Assembly (NCBI GenBank): GCA_958009085.1
Contig: OY253680.1
Span: 744,001 to 808,000 of the forward strand
Direction: 5' to 3'
DNA: 64,000 nt
DNA from: Protoeuglena noctilucae
Lineage: Eukaryota
This document shows, piece after piece, positions 59,989 to 64,000 of the stretch. Position 1 is the stretch's first letter; each line of letters starts with the position of its first letter. The notes below the pieces were generated by a model. The model was not told the DNA's origin. It made no database searches and worked only from the letters and a program-made list of their open reading frames with translations. The position numbers and the translations under genes were made by a program.

Positions 59989-61451
59989 ATGGACCGCCGC
60001 CGGAGTGCCGAGCTGTCCTCGCGGCCCTCGGGCCTGCAGCGGCTCGTACAGAGCATCCGCCATGACGCCGGAGGCCGGGCCGCCGGGGCGCTGCGCTGCC
60101 ACATCTTCGACGGCACGCACCCCGAGCTAACGGAGGCGCTCCGCAGCCGCGGGGAGGGCGCGTGGCGGCTGGCCGCGGCGCTCGTCCTGTCGCTGGCCTT
60201 CATGGTTGCCGAAATGGTGGCGGCGTACTTTAGCAACTCCCTGGCCCTCTGGAGCGACTCGGTGCACATGATGTCGGACGTCACGGGCTTCGCCATCTCG
60301 CTCTTCGCCCAGCGCTTCGCGCAGCGGCGCCCGTCCGCCACGCACAGCTTTGGCTACCTGCGCGCCGAAGTGCTCGGGGCCCTGGCGTCCGTGATGATGA
60401 TTTGGGCCGTGACGGGCGTCCTCGTGTGGGAGGCGGTCGGGCGCTTCATGCACCCGGAGGCGAGGGGCTTTGCAGAGCGCGGCCGGTCGTTGGATGCCTT
60501 TGCTCGTCCCTGCCCAACCTCCTCCCCGCTTCTCTTCTCCGCAGAAAGTGGGCGGGCGCACCATGGTGATCGTCGGATGCCTGGGCCTCCTGAGCAACGT
60601 GACCATCGCGCTCGTGATGGGAAACCGCGAGCACGGACCGGGTTCATCCCCCCGGCCGTCCAGCGGGGGCGAGCGCAAGGCCGCGGGCGACCCCGACGTC
60701 GAGGCGGACGGCGTGCCGCTGATGGAATCTCGCTTGGAGGGGTCCACGGCCGGGCGGCGCGCCACGGAGGCGCCTGTAGAGGCCGGCCCTGGCGAGGCGG
60801 GGCAGGGCAAGTCGGTGAACGAGCGGGCGGCCTTCATCCACGCGATCGGCGACGCGGTGCAGAACGTGGGCGTCGTGCTCGCCGGCGTCCTCATCTGGCT
60901 CAAGCCGGGCCCCGCCAAGTACGCCCACCTGTGGCTCCTCGCCGACCCCCTCTGCACCTTCCTCTTCTCCATCCTGGTCCTCATGACGACCTCGGGCATC
61001 CTCCGCGAGCTCAGCGACGTCCTCATGGAGCGCGCGCCCAGGCGAGTGCGAGTGGAGGGCGCGCCTGGTGGCCGGGCCGCATGCCACACCAGGCAGCCGC
61101 GGTATGTCGTCTCGCCTCTATCGTCAGCGCTAAACAGCCATGACCTCTCGTCCCGTATCTCTCCCACACCACCCGCGTCGCGTCATCTGCAGGGACCAGG
61201 AGGCCCTCCTCGTCGTGGACAGCCTGATGGCCGTGCCCGGCGTGGCGGCGGTGCACGACGTCCACCTGTGGCAACTGGCGCCCGGCATCCCCCTCTTCTC
61301 CTGCCACGTCGTCATGGTGCCCGGGGCCAACGGCATCGAGGTGCTGGCGGCGTGCGAGGCGGCGCTGCACAAGCAGGGCCTCAGGCACACGACGGTGCAG
61401 GTCGAGGAGGAGGCGAAGGAGGGGCATGTGTGCGGGTGCAGCCACGCCTGA
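59989..61451 (+). CDS. MTP1: Cation diffusion facilitator Zn transporter (MTP1/ZnT2-like)
   Basis: SNSLALWSDSVHMMSDV (TM2 HxxxD), HSFGYLRAEVLGAL, RAAFIHAIGDAVQN (TM5 HxxxD), ADPLCTFLFS, VLMERAP, VHDVHLWQL and HTTVQVE. It has two GC-AG introns. Confidence 0.92.
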
Positions 61452-62177
61452 CCTGACGGGACGGGAACCCGCTTCCTTGTTGCATCGACCCTTTTTGGTA
61501 GAAATGCGCGACCCATTTGGCCCCACTAAGTCCGCCATTTTCGAGCAGGCGTTCCCTTTACCCAGCAACACCCCCGCCTGTCATGTGTCGAGCCAGACTC
61601 CTCAGCAACACGAGTCTGGGCTCAACGGCCGTCGTTCTTGCAAGCAGCAGGCACTAGCTGTCGAAGGACGAGGCCACGTTCCCCAGCCAAAACACCAACT
61701 GTTCTCAAGCTGAGCCGCCGGCCTGCCTTGGTCCATGCGAGCACATTCAACAGCGTGGCTACGGCCCCACTCGGCCTCGGAGGCTAGGGTTCGGCTCTAT
61801 GTTAGCTTTAGGTCCTACGAAACGAAGTCGGGTTACGGCAAGGGAGAGAAGCGGCAAGCGCCACTCACGGCTTGCTAGGTTGGTTCGGCAGTCTCGCAGG
61901 GGCACCCGTGCGGGAGTCGCCCCGTGTTGCTCACGCAGACTGTATGGAGTGACGGGTGGAGTACGGTGCGTGGATGAGGAAAGGGCGGGTGCCGTGGTTT
62001 CGATGCTCTCGTCCGACGACACAAGACAGGACCGCAACGTCGGACTCCGCAAGGTAGGGGGCAACACTTAGAGTCTTGGCGAGATTGCGATGGTAAGCGG
62101 TAGAAGCATGCGAGCGAACGATGAGCTCGTGCGCCACATGCGCAGGGGAACCTTTCTTGCAGCGTCGGGCGTGCCTG

Positions 62178-64000
62178 TCAGAGGGGCAGGGACCCTGTGA
62201 TGCCGGGGGGAAGGAAAGAGAGTCCGAGGGTCCAGGCGAGTCCGAGGGCGTTGCTGACGGCCCAGGAGATGTCGTGCTCCGCAAAGGCCACGGCGACGCT
62301 CATGACGCTGGCGAGGAGGTGGTGGAGGGCGAGAGGGTCCGCACCACCCGCGGCAGCCACGGCCGCGTTGGCCAAGCCGGACCCGAGGGCCGCGTCGGCC
62401 TCGATCACGTCGCAGCAGACGCCGCAGCACGCGTCGGCGACGGACGCCAGGACCCCCCCGGGGCCTCGGGGCGGGCGGGGGACGTCGCATGGTGGGAGCT
62501 TGGCGTCCTCGAAGGCCTCGCACTGCACGCGGCAGGTGGCGTCCCGGATGCGCTTGGCCTCGTCAGCCACCATGTACCCCAGGTGGGACTCGAGGGTCTC
62601 GTCCAGCAGCGACGCCTCCAGCAGCGGCAGGTACGCCCCCTTCTGGCCCACCGTGGCGGCTAAGGAGCGCTCGAGGGCCAGTACCTGGGAGAGGGAGTCG
62701 TGGAAGGACAGGAGTCAGCGGGACAAGTCTTCCTGACGTGCGTGCTGCCCTAGGGAGGGCTATTGCATTGCGTGGGCCTCCCCGCCGCGCCCCTCTTCAC
62801 TCGCCTTCTCGGTGGCGGCGACGGTCCGCACCCAGAGCGCCCCGAGCGAGGCGTAGGCGTCGTCCCACACCTCCTGGAGCTGCCTCGCCGTGCTGCCCTG
62901 CGCTGCGCTCGAGGCGGCGTGCTTGCGCTGCACGCGGCGGCAGACGGCAAGGAGAGGCCCCCACTGCTGCACGCGGTTGAGCGAGTCCTGGTGGGCGTGG
63001 AAGTGGACGATGACGGGAGAGAGGAGCAGCTCGGGGCGGTCCAGGAAGGTCCCACGGTCTCCGGCGACCACCCCAAAGACGACCTCGGGCATGTGATCGG
63101 CGAAGATCTTGAGGCGCAGATAGGACAGCGCGTTGTACATCTCCTTCATGGCCCGGCGCCAGAGCACCCTTGCCCGGGAGAAGGTCCCGAGGCCGGGCAG
63201 CACCGACACGGCACGGCTGGGCGGGGGGAGATCGACAGGGACGACTACCATTTGCCCGTCGGGCATCTGCTCGTAGGAGACCTGGCATGAGAGCAGGGAG
63301 CTGTCTGCGGGTGGCGGAGTGCATAGGGTCGTGAGAGCCGCAGCGGGGAGGCTGTGATGGGAGCGGCCGGCCACGACGGCAGAGCACGTAAGCTGTGCAA
63401 GGTTGCCAGGGGCCAGCGATGGCAGGCAAGCGATGCGCACCGACGAGTGGAAAGACTTTGGCAAGCATCTTCTCCGCGGCGGGTCCCGGCGCCCCCAGAG
63501 CCGTCATCAGTCCCTCCCAGGTGGGCCCGAGGCCATACTCCGACGTCGTGACGCGCACGTGCAGGTGCAGCTCCTGGCCGCCGGGGCCCTGCACCCACTC
63601 CCCGAAGACCTCGTCGCGCATCATGGCCTGGTAGAACCCTTCGTGGCACTCGTGCGCTTCGGAGACTTTGACCAGGCGGGTCCCCGAGAAGTCGTCGTGC
63701 GTGATGGTGTACCGACGCTGCGGCAGGCCGGCGCTCCCGCTCTCCTGCGGCGGCAAAGAAGCGGATCGTTCTACTTAGCCCGACGTTGTGCTGAATGACA
63801 GGTGCGTTCTTCAGCAGCCCAGGCCAGGGCACCTGGGCGTCGTGCGAGAAGACCACCATCAGGTCGTGGCCGTCCGGGGTGCTCGTCGCCATCGGCGCGC
63901 TGTCCGCGCCGCCGTGCGAGCGAGAGGCGACCACACGCAGATCAGGAAGGGTGCCGAGGAAGCGGCTGGCGTCCTGCGTCGGGCGCGGAGGGAGCAACAC
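62178..64000 (-). CDS. SGR: STAY-GREEN-family (Mg-dechelatase-like) protein, 5' end outside window
   Basis: LPQRRYTITHDDFSG, RDEVFGEW, LHLHVRV, LRLKIFADHMPEV..GD...PEL..SPVIVHFH...NRVQQWGPL. It has an internal insertion and a C-terminal extension containing CCGVCC. Confidence 0.85.

Noticed and set aside
61740..62120. Structured ncRNA or hammerhead ribozyme between the convergent CDF and SGR genes
   Set aside because: GAAAC is present but there is no CUGANGA core or consistent helices; it is most likely 3' UTR sequence.

Overview
Gene-dense, GC-rich eukaryotic DNA with many short spliceosomal introns. The gene content (STAY-GREEN, plastid-type PRPP synthase, peptidyl-serine galactosyltransferase, KEG-like kinases, ILR3-like bHLH) points to a compact green-algal nuclear genome. 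About 20 genes can be assembled by hand: a SUMO-like-domain protein, UFD2/UBE4, a head-to-head BiP/GRP94 pair, a small quadruple-CX9C protein not recoverable as one ORF, a MYND protein, SERGT1, eIF2-gamma, PRS, a very large anoctamin, COG2, a Zn-CDF transporter and SGR. Accessory genes include a beta-helix protein and a family of four KEG-like RING-kinase genes with non-RD catalytic loops, one of them a RING-kinase-kinase-RING tandem kinase. The most striking feature is a spliced gene at 56666-59598 that fuses an apparently catalytically intact tyrosine recombinase, resembling the Polinton-like-virus/virophage type, to two duplicated ILR3-like bHLH domains. It has a perfect heat-shock element upstream. 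It lies next to a divergent kinase pair that shares a ~188 bp near-identical inverted repeat, so inversion would swap their RING modules in frame. GC-AG introns are unusually frequent. All gene models and family assignments were made by eye, without database searches.
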